DNA of 64,000 nucleotides, from IMG/VR virus record IMGVR_UViG_3300044640_001495, positions 1-64,000 of that record. One strand, written 5' to 3'. This document shows, one piece after another, positions 1 through 8,545 of the stretch. Under the pieces are notes generated by a model. That model was not told the origin of the DNA. It ran no database searches and was given only the letters and a program-made list of their open reading frames with translations. The stretch's first letter is position 1, and each line of letters opens with the position of its first letter. Position numbers and translations under genes: made by a program.

Positions 1-126
1 GTATTCTATAATGGTGTTGAGCAGACTAAAGTTTCAGGAACATTTGGCACAGCCAACTATACTAACTCTACAGACAGTTTAGCCATAGGTAATATAAGCG
101 GTGGCAACAACAGTTTTGATGGCAAG

Positions 127-792
127 ATGGCCATGGTTAGAATCAGTAACACGGCCAAGTATGCCGCGGCATTTACTTCCACAGTGACTTATGGTGTTGA
201 ATCAGATACTCGATTGTTCTTGGACTTGGGTTACCCGTTATCTGATACATCTTATTATGAGTTGAATGGTGTATCGGTAGTCACTAACACTCTGACCACT
301 ATCTATATTTCCAAGTCAGCGTATCCTAATTTAGATAAACAAGTTCGAGTAGGCAATACCGTAACAAATACTAGCGATTCCACAACTTGCATAGTCACCG
401 CACCAGTGTTCACAGCAGATCCTAGTAACTGGGGAGTAGATGTTTCACCTGGATGGGGCGGCGTGGCCACAGTAAACTTCACTGGTGCTAGACATACTAT
501 CGTCAACAACGGTACAACTGTGAGTGAAGAGTTCCCGAACACATTCACTGGATTAGTACATCCTTATAATGGCGGCACGCTAGGCCTTACTATGTGTCTT
601 GCAAATGATCCTAGATTTGCCGAGTCAGCGGCTATACCAATCGGTGCTAGAATAACCAGCAACATAGCAGGCTTTGGTATTAGAACTGTAACGGCCATCG
701 TGGTCTCGGGCGGCGACAGATTTATATCATACGATCCTACAGGATTGACCGGTGTTACCAGCACTTCACATGTGTTTAACTTCTATTGGTAA
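127..792 (+). CDS. C-terminal part of a virion/tail-fibre-like protein (LamG-type region); gene begins upstream of the window
   Basis: Thr/Ser/Gly-rich beta-type ORF. The upstream frame is open to the window edge, so the true start lies outside the window. Confidence 0.5.
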   Translation: MAMVRISNTAKYAAAFTSTVTYGVESDTRLFLDLGYPLSDTSYYELNGVSVVTNTLTTIYISKSAYPNLDKQVRVGNTVTNTSDSTTCIVTAPVFTADPSNWGVDVSPGWGGVATVNFTGARHTIVNNGTTVSEEFPNTFTGLVHPYNGGTLGLTMCLANDPRFAESAAIPIGARITSNIAGFGIRTVTAIVVSGGDRFISYDPTGLTGVTSTSHVFNFYW

Positions 793-795
793 TTG

Positions 796-1230
796 ATGTT
801 TGAACACCGGAGGCTGGCAGTTGACGCAGGGCTGGCAGAACAGATACAACATCAGCGTGGTTTGGACTATAGACGCAGGTACGGAGCAGGCTGGCAGAGT
901 ATAGGGTATACTGGTCAGCCTTTTCCATGGTTTGAATCAACATATAGGGCAGTTGAAGCAGAAGCGGGTAGTATAGACACATGGTGGTTTAATGCGAACC
1001 TACAGGGCGAAGGCACAGGTTGGCATAGTCACAGTCAGTGGGCACGAGTAGGTGTGCTGTATGTACAAGTTCCCGCGGGTCTTATAGAGTTTAAGCAGGG
1101 CGAAGCATACTGGACAGAATCACCCCAAGCAGGAGATTTACTAGTATTTCCCGGGGCATTAGAGCATAGAGTAAGGCCCAACACTAGCGAGCAGGTTAGA
1201 ATCAGCGTGGCGTTCAACTTTAAACGGTAA
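796..1230 (+). CDS. 2OG-Fe(II) oxygenase superfamily protein (TIGR02466-like)
   Basis: WHSH facial-triad motif, then LLVFPGALEHRV and RISVAFN. Confidence 0.8.
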   Translation: MFEHRRLAVDAGLAEQIQHQRGLDYRRRYGAGWQSIGYTGQPFPWFESTYRAVEAEAGSIDTWWFNANLQGEGTGWHSHSQWARVGVLYVQVPAGLIEFKQGEAYWTESPQAGDLLVFPGALEHRVRPNTSEQVRISVAFNFKR

Positions 1231-1251
1231 ATACTCACAGAGGATATAATA

Positions 1252-1998
1252 ATGGCCGCAAACGGAATATCAACACTATCAACTAAACAGTTAAAGCAAG
1301 AAGCCAAGCTAGGCATCGCACAAACAAGACGACAAGCAGCAGGCGATACTACTGCGCCATACTATAGAGAAAATAACACCTACGATATAGATAATCTGCC
1401 TACTAAGTATTCTGGAAATACATTAGTGAATAATTCTAATCCAGGTGGATTATTGCAAGGGCGTCCATGGATTAACGTTGCAGCTATTACATTTACATCT
1501 GGAGTTTATCATCGCACAGTAACTGGCACAACAAATGCTAATGGCTATTTTGGTACTGATTTTACTCCGGCTAACGATGATCTAACATTTTTCGATACCT
1601 ATGCTGCTACTTCTCAAGGTGTCTATACAAGTTTAAACTTATCCAGCCTACCAGAATATACCAGCATTATGCTGACAGGATACTTCTTAGCACCTACTAC
1701 AGATACCTATACATTCTACACCAGCACCGACGATGCTAGTTATATGTGGATAGGCCCGGATGCTATTACAGGATATACTCATACTAATGCCGTTGTAAAG
1801 AACGGCGGTCTTCACGGTGTTACAGAAGTGAGCGGGACTATAGCAATGACAGCGAACATCTACTATCCTTTCCGTGTTATGTTTGGTAACCTAACAGGAC
1901 CAGGCACAATGACGGTTAGTTGGGCAAGTAGTACACAATCTAAAACATCAAACTGGTCTGGTAAACTGTTCTACAACTCAGCCACTAACGGATTCTAA
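1252..1998 (+). CDS. PA14-domain virion-associated protein
   Basis: GYFLAPTTDTYTFYTSTDDASYMWI is the PA14 DD Ca/carbohydrate-binding signature. Confidence 0.75.
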   Translation: MAANGISTLSTKQLKQEAKLGIAQTRRQAAGDTTAPYYRENNTYDIDNLPTKYSGNTLVNNSNPGGLLQGRPWINVAAITFTSGVYHRTVTGTTNANGYFGTDFTPANDDLTFFDTYAATSQGVYTSLNLSSLPEYTSIMLTGYFLAPTTDTYTFYTSTDDASYMWIGPDAITGYTHTNAVVKNGGLHGVTEVSGTIAMTANIYYPFRVMFGNLTGPGTMTVSWASSTQSKTSNWSGKLFYNSATNGF

Positions 1999-2400
1999 AT
2001 GTACAGAAAATATATCAACATTGTAGAAGCAGCAAACAAAGGCTGTCCTATTGCCACACACGATCTAGAAGTAAATGTCAAGAATAGACAAACAGCTATA
2101 GACAAACACCACTACGGTCCTGCCAATCCTGATGAGCCTGGCAACTATTGGAAAGACGCAGCCAAGCAGTGGGATATAAACGAAAAGACTGCCAAGACAA
2201 TGACCTGTGGTAATTGTGCGGCATTCAACATCACCGATGCAATGTACAAGTGCATACACGACGGAATGGGCGCAGAGGCATACGAAGCAGAGAAAACTCG
2301 CGAAGCAGCTGATCTAGGCTACTGTACTCTACTACACTTTAAATGTGCTGGAACCCGTAGCTGTCAACTTTGGATCACTGGCGGACCTATTGTAAAGTAA
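1999..2400 (+). CDS. Cys-rich hypothetical protein
   Basis: CGNC...C...YC...KC...SC..W pattern; 133 aa ORF abutting its neighbours. Confidence 0.6.
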   Translation: MYRKYINIVEAANKGCPIATHDLEVNVKNRQTAIDKHHYGPANPDEPGNYWKDAAKQWDINEKTAKTMTCGNCAAFNITDAMYKCIHDGMGAEAYEAEKTREAADLGYCTLLHFKCAGTRSCQLWITGGPIVK

Positions 2401-2401
2401 T

Positions 2402-3037
2402 ATGATTACGCTATCCGATAATCAGTTTGATGCAAATGGTTATTGGGACCAGCCCATAGAGAAACTGCTGTACCAACCCACCATAGATGATCTTGATCTA
2501 TTTGACCAGAACGGATACGACCTCACTCCCTTAGAACAACATTTTGCCTACGGCAACAGAGCTAAACCTAAAAAGCACAGAGAACATCTACGAGCCCTTA
2601 AACAGGATTGGTTTATGCAACAGCCTACCACAGAAGGCTCACATCTTAATCATAGCCTACTGTTTGAACGCAAAGGCTACACAGGTGCTGCACTAGAAGA
2701 ATTGGAATACTGGGCTCGTACACTGCCTTTGGTCAACAAGGTGATAGCACTACGTCCTAAATGGGGCTTGGACTTTTCTATGGACTATGCTGACCGTGCG
2801 GGCAATGTCTTTGAAGTACTACACTGGGAATGGGACAGCTTTGTCTACGAAGAAACAGAATATATTCGCAAAATTGTAGAACCTGTGTTGCTGGCCATAG
2901 ACTGGCGTGATGCTGCCCAACAGATCCTAGCACAGAAAGACAAGTGGCATCATCTAGACTTCTTTGCACAGAGTCGTTGGAAGTGTGAGTACTTTGGCAT
3001 CCCAGAGGAGCGATTCAAAATGGTTGCTTGGAACTAA
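2402..3037 (+). CDS. hypothetical protein
   Basis: 211 aa ORF in a tightly packed operon. Confidence 0.6.
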   Translation: MITLSDNQFDANGYWDQPIEKLLYQPTIDDLDLFDQNGYDLTPLEQHFAYGNRAKPKKHREHLRALKQDWFMQQPTTEGSHLNHSLLFERKGYTGAALEELEYWARTLPLVNKVIALRPKWGLDFSMDYADRAGNVFEVLHWEWDSFVYEETEYIRKIVEPVLLAIDWRDAAQQILAQKDKWHHLDFFAQSRWKCEYFGIPEERFKMVAWN

Positions 3038-3061
3038 ATAATAGCACTTATTGGAGTATAC

Positions 3062-3502
3062 ATGAAACAATTTCTATTACTGCTGTTGGCAGTACCTGCA
3101 CTAGCATTTGCACAGGGCAAGATGCCCGCAAAGTCAGCGACCTACGATGCACAGGTTATTAGAGTGAGTGATGGCGATACTATTGTAATCGCCGCTCCCT
3201 TTCTCCCACAGCCACTCAAGCCCGAACTTGCTGTTAGGATCTACGGAGTCGACACGCCAGAAAAAGGACACAGAGCTCAATGTCCACAAGAAGACCAACG
3301 AGCGCAATTGGCGAGTAAATTTACAACTCAAGCCTTACAATCCCACCCAAAGCACCAGGTTATTATCTATGGATGGGATAAGTTTGGTGGCCGTATATTG
3401 GGAGACATCTTGGTAAACGGACAAAGCATTAGACAGGGACTTATCAGCAATGGCTTGGCCCGTGAATACTACGGTGAAGCCAAACAAAGCTGGTGTAATT
3501 AA
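3062..3502 (+). CDS. thermonuclease (staphylococcal nuclease-like) with signal peptide
   Basis: RVSDGDTI, RIYGVDTPE and DKFGGRILG motifs; hydrophobic N-terminus; GGAG RBS. Confidence 0.9.
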   Translation: MKQFLLLLLAVPALAFAQGKMPAKSATYDAQVIRVSDGDTIVIAAPFLPQPLKPELAVRIYGVDTPEKGHRAQCPQEDQRAQLASKFTTQALQSHPKHQVIIYGWDKFGGRILGDILVNGQSIRQGLISNGLAREYYGEAKQSWCN

Positions 3503-3514
3503 TTTAGAACAGAA

Positions 3515-3616
3515 CATCTACCTTAGGAACGCTTGCGTTACTTAGATGTGCCCGGCTGCTGGGCAGAACGTTATGGGAGTCGTGCCCCGGAATGGCGTTC
3601 TAAGTGAGCATTTTTT
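3515..3616 (+). ncRNA. candidate structured intergenic RNA (three hairpins plus possible pseudoknot), family unknown
   Basis: Stems catcta/tagatg (containing aacg-CUUG-cgtt), tgcccgg/ctgggca and agaacgttat/atggcgttct, followed by a T-run. Confidence 0.5.
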
Positions 3617-3655
3617 TACGACCCTAGAATAAATACAGTACAGGAGGACACAACC

Positions 3656-3814
3656 ATGAAACAGCGTAAATTATTAATGAAGCTGTACAAGGCTTGCGTC
3701 GACCATGATACTGAAACAGTTTCCGAACTACGTAAAAAAGAGTTCGCTAAGATACGGAAACACAAGGCCGAAGGTAAGTCATTTACACGCAAATGGACTT
3801 TGGTACAGATTTAA
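3656..3814 (+). CDS. small basic hypothetical protein (52 aa; not in ORF track)
   Basis: AGGAGG RBS, ATG..TAA, MKQRKLLMKLYKACVDHD...; ATAAATA at 3629-3635 upstream. Confidence 0.7.
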   Translation: MKQRKLLMKLYKACVDHDTETVSELRKKEFAKIRKHKAEGKSFTRKWTLVQI

Positions 3815-3859
3815 CACAACTGTAACATTACACACAGCCTAGGGCGATAAATATTAGCT

Positions 3860-4744
3860 ATGCTAAAAACTTATCGCTCTATTTTTATATCCGATGTGCA
3901 TTTAGGTACTAGAGATAGTCAAGCTGATAAGTTAAACAACTTTCTCAAACACAACACCTGCGAAACACTCTATATGGTAGGGGACATACTAGATGTATGG
4001 CGCATACAACAAAACAAATGGCGTTGGAAGCAATCACACACCAATGTTGTAAGACGTATACTTGGACATGCCAAACGTGGCACACGAGTAATCTACGTAG
4101 CAGGCAATCACGATGAATTCTTAAGACCATTAATGCCCTACGGTATTAACTTTGGCAATGTGGAAGTGGTTAATCAATTTGAACATGTTGGGGTAGACGG
4201 CAAACACTATCTAGTCACCCACGGCGACCTGTTTGACGGCATTACCCGACTGGCACCGTGGTTGGCATTCTTAGGTGATAAGGCCTATGACTTTATTCTA
4301 TCTGCCAACAGCAAGTTCAATTGGCTACGACATCGTATGGGTTTTGGCTATTGGAGTTTGAGCAAGTATCTTAAAGCCCGTGTTAAGAAAGCAGTAGACT
4401 TTATATTTCAGTTTGAACGGAATCTAATGGCCTACTGTAAGAAACGCGGCTTTGACGGTGTCATATGCGGACACATACATCACGCAGAGATCAAAGAGAT
4501 AGATGGCATTACGTATATGAATGACGGCGACTGGGTTGAATCGTGTACAGCACTTGTAGAGCACCACGATGGTAAGTGGGAAATCATAACTTGGACTAAG
4601 GAGCGAGACGATGTGGATACTGATACTAATAGCGGTTCACGTGAACAATCCTCAAGACGTTCCGGGAAGAATAGAACTAGCATTCAAAGATCAAGCCAGT
4701 TGCGAGATGACCCTAGCGTCGATGAAGTGGCAGCTAAAGTTTAA
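3860..4744 (+). CDS. plcP: PlcP-like / LpxH-family metallophosphoesterase (putative phospholipase C)
   Basis: SDVHLG, VGDILDVW, GNHD, HGDLFD, GHIH and GDWVESCTA motifs, plus the amphipathic WLAFLGD..YWSLS segment typical of PlcP. Confidence 0.7.
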   Translation: MLKTYRSIFISDVHLGTRDSQADKLNNFLKHNTCETLYMVGDILDVWRIQQNKWRWKQSHTNVVRRILGHAKRGTRVIYVAGNHDEFLRPLMPYGINFGNVEVVNQFEHVGVDGKHYLVTHGDLFDGITRLAPWLAFLGDKAYDFILSANSKFNWLRHRMGFGYWSLSKYLKARVKKAVDFIFQFERNLMAYCKKRGFDGVICGHIHHAEIKEIDGITYMNDGDWVESCTALVEHHDGKWEIITWTKERDDVDTDTNSGSREQSSRRSGKNRTSIQRSSQLRDDPSVDEVAAKV

Positions 4745-4765
4745 TAATTTTAAGGTAGAAGGCAA

Positions 4766-5482
4766 ATGCCAAAAACAATAAGTGATAAAATTACCATAGT
4801 GGTACCCTGTAAGAATGAGGAAAACTACATTGCGCATTTGCTAATGCATCTACGCCAACAATCAATAGGCAACACCAGAATTATCATTGCAGATTGTTCC
4901 ACAGACAAAACACGAGAAGTTATCGAAATAATGAAAGGTGAGTTGAATGTTGAGGTTATCGATGGCGGGCCTGTTAGCTTTGCTAAGAACAACGGAGCTC
5001 GATTGGTTAATACGCCCTACATATTATTCATTGATGCTGATGTGCGCTTCTTTAAAGACACTGTGATTCAAGATGCTGTCAATTTGATTGAGAGTAAGAA
5101 CCTAGATCTCATTGGCCTAAACATCAAATGCTACGACAAGGATCTAAGAGCTAAAGTCGGATTTACTACATTTAATCTAATCAATCATGCATTAAAATTC
5201 TTCTCACCCTTTGCTGTGGGAGCATTCATGCTGACCCGCAGAGATCGTTTTGAAGAGTTTGGGGGATTTCCTGAACAGTTTTCCACAAGCGAAGACTTCT
5301 TCTTATCACGCAAGTATAGCCCTAAAAAGTTTAGAATCATTCGCCATCACTTTGGACAAGATAGCCGTAGGTTTAAGAAGATGGGCTATATGGGCATGGC
5401 CAAGTACCTAGTTAAGAACTTTGTCAATCGCAATAATAAAGCCTACTGGGACAGTTTAGACAGCAGTAGATACTGGAGTTAA
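4766..5482 (+). CDS. glycosyltransferase family 2
   Basis: IVVPCKNEE, IADCSTD, FIDADV (DxD) and SEDFFLSR motifs. Confidence 0.9.
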   Translation: MPKTISDKITIVVPCKNEENYIAHLLMHLRQQSIGNTRIIIADCSTDKTREVIEIMKGELNVEVIDGGPVSFAKNNGARLVNTPYILFIDADVRFFKDTVIQDAVNLIESKNLDLIGLNIKCYDKDLRAKVGFTTFNLINHALKFFSPFAVGAFMLTRRDRFEEFGGFPEQFSTSEDFFLSRKYSPKKFRIIRHHFGQDSRRFKKMGYMGMAKYLVKNFVNRNNKAYWDSLDSSRYWS

Positions 5483-6055
5483 AACAAGTTCGTAGAGTTC
5501 ACTCCAATTCTTGACTACAGGGTAAGAACACTTGTGATGCATATTATGCCCGTGTTCAATAAGAACAGATTTCAAACCTAAAGCATGTCCGACATCAGCA
5601 TTGGCAGGTTTATCTTCAATCCACCACAGGCCGCTGTCTTTGTATGGAGCCAATGCAGAATCTTTGTCTGCGCCTGTATCTAGGCAAATAACTGTTTCGA
5701 TAGCATTGCCAAACAACTTACGTAGATTCATTTCACGCAGTTTCTGTGCGTTCTTGTCCAGACTTAGGCTTGTGATAACACGGAATTCGTAGCCGTGTTC
5801 TTCATGTAGTCGTTTAACATAGTGAGCAGCATCTCTAAGTGCAGGAAGGAATCCAATTGCTGCAGATTCGTTAAAAGTCTTTACAACCTTTTTGGCATCT
5901 TTTTCTTCTAGTTCGTTATAGTGGTGATGTAGATAATAGCTTTTCTTGTTATCCGCTGTTAGTGTGTATCCACGTTCTTGCATCCAAACTGAGAACGCCC
6001 ATTCCCAATCTAACAAGACGCCATCGGCATCGGTGAGTATAAGTTTGTTTTTCAT
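5456..6055 (-). CDS. HAD-family 5'(3')-deoxyribonucleotidase-like phosphatase
   Basis: LTDADGVLLDW (DxDG), ITS and IEDKPAN motifs. Confidence 0.8.
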   Translation of the reverse strand: MKNKLILTDADGVLLDWEWAFSVWMQERGYTLTADNKKSYYLHHHYNELEEKDAKKVVKTFNESAAIGFLPALRDAAHYVKRLHEEHGYEFRVITSLSLDKNAQKLREMNLRKLFGNAIETVICLDTGADKDSALAPYKDSGLWWIEDKPANADVGHALGLKSVLIEHGHNMHHKCSYPVVKNWSELYELVLTPVSTAV

Positions 6056-6060
6056 ACTGT

Positions 6061-6089
6061 ATTATAACATACTTTAACCCTTGTGTCAA
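6061..6089 (-). promoter_or_regulatory. sigma70-type promoter
   Basis: TTGACA-N17-TATAAT on the minus strand just upstream of the HAD gene. Confidence 0.85.
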
Positions 6090-6104
6090 CGGGCTAAGTA
6101 AAAT

Positions 6105-6809
6105 ATGAATATAATAATCGCAACCTTGGTAATGGTTCAAATTACCATAGCCTGTGTCACTCTATACCTACATAGAAGTCAAGCACACAGAGCAGTACAA
6201 TTTCACCCAATCCTGGCACATCTAATGCGCTTTTGGCTATGGTTATCAACCGGTATGGTGACCAAACAATGGGTAGCCATCCATCGCAAACATCACCAGA
6301 AGAGTGATCAAGAGGGCGATCCGCATAGTCCCCAAATATACGGAATTTGGCGTGTGCTATTTGGCGGAGCATTCTTATATCACAAGGCTAGCAAAGATAC
6401 CGCAATGATCGATCAGTTGAGCACAGGCACACCTAATGACTGGATCGAGCGTAAACTTTATACCCCGCACAGCCGCTTAGGGATTCTTTTAATGTTGGTC
6501 ATAGACCTTGTTCTTTTTGGCCCTATAGGTTTAGTGGTGTGGGGTATTCAAATGATTTGGATTCCAATATGGGCAGCTGGAGTTATCAACGGACTCAGCC
6601 ATTGGTGGGGATATCGAAATGTTGAAACCAACGACACTTCGAAGAATTTAATACCCTGGGCTTTCTGGATAGGCGGCGAGGAGCTACACAACGGGCATCA
6701 TGCAGACGGAGCCAATGCTAAGTTTAGTCAACGTTGGTGGGAGTTCGATATTGGCTGGATGTATATCTGTATACTGCGGTTCTTTAAATTAGCAACAGTT
6801 AGAGCATAA
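6105..6809 (+). CDS. membrane acyl-CoA/acyl-lipid (delta-9 type) fatty acid desaturase
   Basis: Three His boxes HRSQAH, HRKHH and ELHNGHH, with transmembrane segments. Confidence 0.92.
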   Translation: MNIIIATLVMVQITIACVTLYLHRSQAHRAVQFHPILAHLMRFWLWLSTGMVTKQWVAIHRKHHQKSDQEGDPHSPQIYGIWRVLFGGAFLYHKASKDTAMIDQLSTGTPNDWIERKLYTPHSRLGILLMLVIDLVLFGPIGLVVWGIQMIWIPIWAAGVINGLSHWWGYRNVETNDTSKNLIPWAFWIGGEELHNGHHADGANAKFSQRWWEFDIGWMYICILRFFKLATVRA

Positions 6810-6840
6810 AGAAAAAGCACCCGAAGGTGCTTTTCTTTTT
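6810..6840. terminator. bidirectional intrinsic terminator
   Basis: aaaagcacc-CGAA-ggtgctttt with A and T tracts, between convergent genes. Confidence 0.85.
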
Positions 6841-6873
6841 ACCACTATATATTTTTGCTCTATGAGCGTAATA

Positions 6874-7146
6874 TTATTTCTTTACGCCTGCATTAACAAA
6901 TGCGTACATTTTTTCGGCGGTCTCTAATACTTTATCTAAACCTGGAAACTCTGGCATTTGAACTGTGCTAACAATTTGACCAGTCTTCTCATCACGAGTA
7001 GCTGTCATTTCCCAACCTGCAAACTTAGATTGAAAGTCGTCTTGCACTAGGCTTTTAGCCATGCCCAAGATATCTGTACGGATTTCATAACCGTTTTTAT
7101 TGAATTTAACTTCTGGTAGCTTTGGTGCTGTAAAAATTTCTGACAT
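6874..7146 (-). CDS. hypothetical protein (start moved to MSEIFTAP)
   Basis: AGGAG RBS before the ATG at 7146. Confidence 0.65.
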   Translation of the reverse strand: MSEIFTAPKLPEVKFNKNGYEIRTDILGMAKSLVQDDFQSKFAGWEMTATRDEKTGQIVSTVQMPEFPGLDKVLETAEKMYAFVNAGVKK

Positions 7147-7236
7147 AATAATCTCCTGTGTGTTAATGTCTGTTGCTAACAACTACTTCTTTTTCGCTGT
7201 TAGTTTATTATATATGCCTAGAGACAAAAAAGCAAC

Positions 7237-7812
7237 TTATTTTCTGAACTTTTTTACTCGTTCCTTGATAAGGGTTACCACTTCATCACTAAGCACTACT
7301 TCGTAGTGGTTGTATTGGACTTCCACTAGTTCCATATCCTTATGATGTTTCTGGCTAGCAATGGTCACAACCCCGTCATTGGGCTCGTGCATAAAAGGAC
7401 TTTGTCCTTTTACAGTCACAATGTTAGTCCACGGGTGCTGTATTTTAATACGGCTAGCTTGCTTCATAACCCACGAACTAGGACCAATGTCTCGCATTAG
7501 TCTGCTAAAAGGCAAAAAGTATTGAGCATAGTCCGCTACTTCGGCGCCCCCATACGGAGTACTAAGTGTAATAGCACCGTTAACAGATTCCGGAATACAG
7601 TTGGCTAAGTGTAGGCTGTAGATACCACCTAGACTGTGTGCAACAAATACTAGATCTTTATAATCTTTTAGTGTTGCCTGCATGTCTTTTAGGTTGTTTT
7701 CGAACCCGTTACGACTGTCGTAATTGATATCGATACCTTGACCTAATTTACTTCTGATATAATTGAAGCTTTCGCTGGTGGCATTAGCACCGTGTATGTA
7801 CACCAAGTTCAT
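7237..7812 (-). CDS. alpha/beta hydrolase (esterase/lipase-like)
   Basis: YIHG oxyanion region, AHSLGG nucleophile elbow, NDGVV Asp and NHYEV His. Confidence 0.85.
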   Translation of the reverse strand: MNLVYIHGANATSESFNYIRSKLGQGIDINYDSRNGFENNLKDMQATLKDYKDLVFVAHSLGGIYSLHLANCIPESVNGAITLSTPYGGAEVADYAQYFLPFSRLMRDIGPSSWVMKQASRIKIQHPWTNIVTVKGQSPFMHEPNDGVVTIASQKHHKDMELVEVQYNHYEVVLSDEVVTLIKERVKKFRK

Positions 7813-7830
7813 GCCAATATTTATCGGAAT

Positions 7831-7953
7831 TTATTTGGCTAACATTATGTCTCTAGCTTCTTTGTGCATGCCTGCACGAGCCATTGCCGCAGCGGCGCGA
7901 GCCTGTCCAATACTTAGGCCGATTTCGTATAATGCGTTTAAAAATGATTTCAT
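7831..7953 (-). CDS. small Ala-rich hypothetical protein (40 aa)
   Basis: MKSFLNALYEIGLSIGQARAAAAMARAG...; ATGA overlap with the upstream ORF. Confidence 0.55.
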   Translation of the reverse strand: MKSFLNALYEIGLSIGQARAAAAMARAGMHKEARDIMLAK

Positions 7954-8126
7954 AGATAGCTTTCCTTTTGAGAATTGAATTGTCGGATGTAGTTTTCCAA
8001 CTGTGCGGCATCGGTAATGCCTTTGGTGCTTAGATAAGCGTCTAAGCGGCTTTGGTAATTGGATCCTGGGAACATTTCTGCTAATCGTTCCAATATAGCC
8101 AGCATCCTGCTTGATAAGTATTTCAT
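7950..8126 (-). CDS. small protein resembling DUF3563 (58 aa; not in ORF track)
   Basis: MKYLSSRMLAILERLAEMFPGSNYQSRLDAYLSTKGITDAAQLENYIRQF; GAGAG RBS; translational coupling to the next ORF. Confidence 0.55.
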   Translation of the reverse strand: MKYLSSRMLAILERLAEMFPGSNYQSRLDAYLSTKGITDAAQLENYIRQFNSQKESYL

Positions 8127-8257
8127 ATTGTTCTCTCTGTGTTGTAGTACTCATGGTTTCTACTGAGTTATTTATCCAGCTCTTGTGCAATCGCGCATTT
8201 TTCAGTACAATGTTATAATTGTTTAAAATGAGTTAAATACATGATAGGAAACAATTT

Positions 8258-8545
8258 ATGAAACTTCGTACCAGATCAATTCTGCAGGAACTCAATGAAA
8301 TTGCCGAAGTACGCAATACGGATTCGTTGATCGAAAGCCGTGCCACCAACATCATTAATTCCGCTATTAATCTGTTGGAAAGCATACACAAGCATTATGA
8401 CGCTGAAAGTGCTGACGAATTAGAGCGTCGATTGATCAATGCTATCAAAGGACAAGATCCCAGTAAATTTACCCGCGGTGTACGAAGATTGGCAGAATCG
8501 CGTAAGGCCAAAAGAAAACTAGAAGAATCTAACAACAATGAATAA
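8258..8545 (+). CDS. hypothetical phage protein
   Basis: 95 aa ORF after a TAAATA motif. Confidence 0.65.
   Translation: MKLRTRSILQELNEIAEVRNTDSLIESRATNIINSAINLLESIHKHYDAESADELERRLINAIKGQDPSKFTRGVRRLAESRKAKRKLEESNNNE

Noticed and set aside
3860-4744. Lipid A biosynthesis enzyme LpxH
   Set aside because: Same superfamily, but the motif context and GT neighbour fit PlcP better. Not fully excluded without a phylogeny.
7831-8190. Single 119-aa gene as listed in the ORF track
   Set aside because: Better explained by two coupled small ORFs (7950..8126 and 7831..7953) with an RBS and an ATGA overlap.
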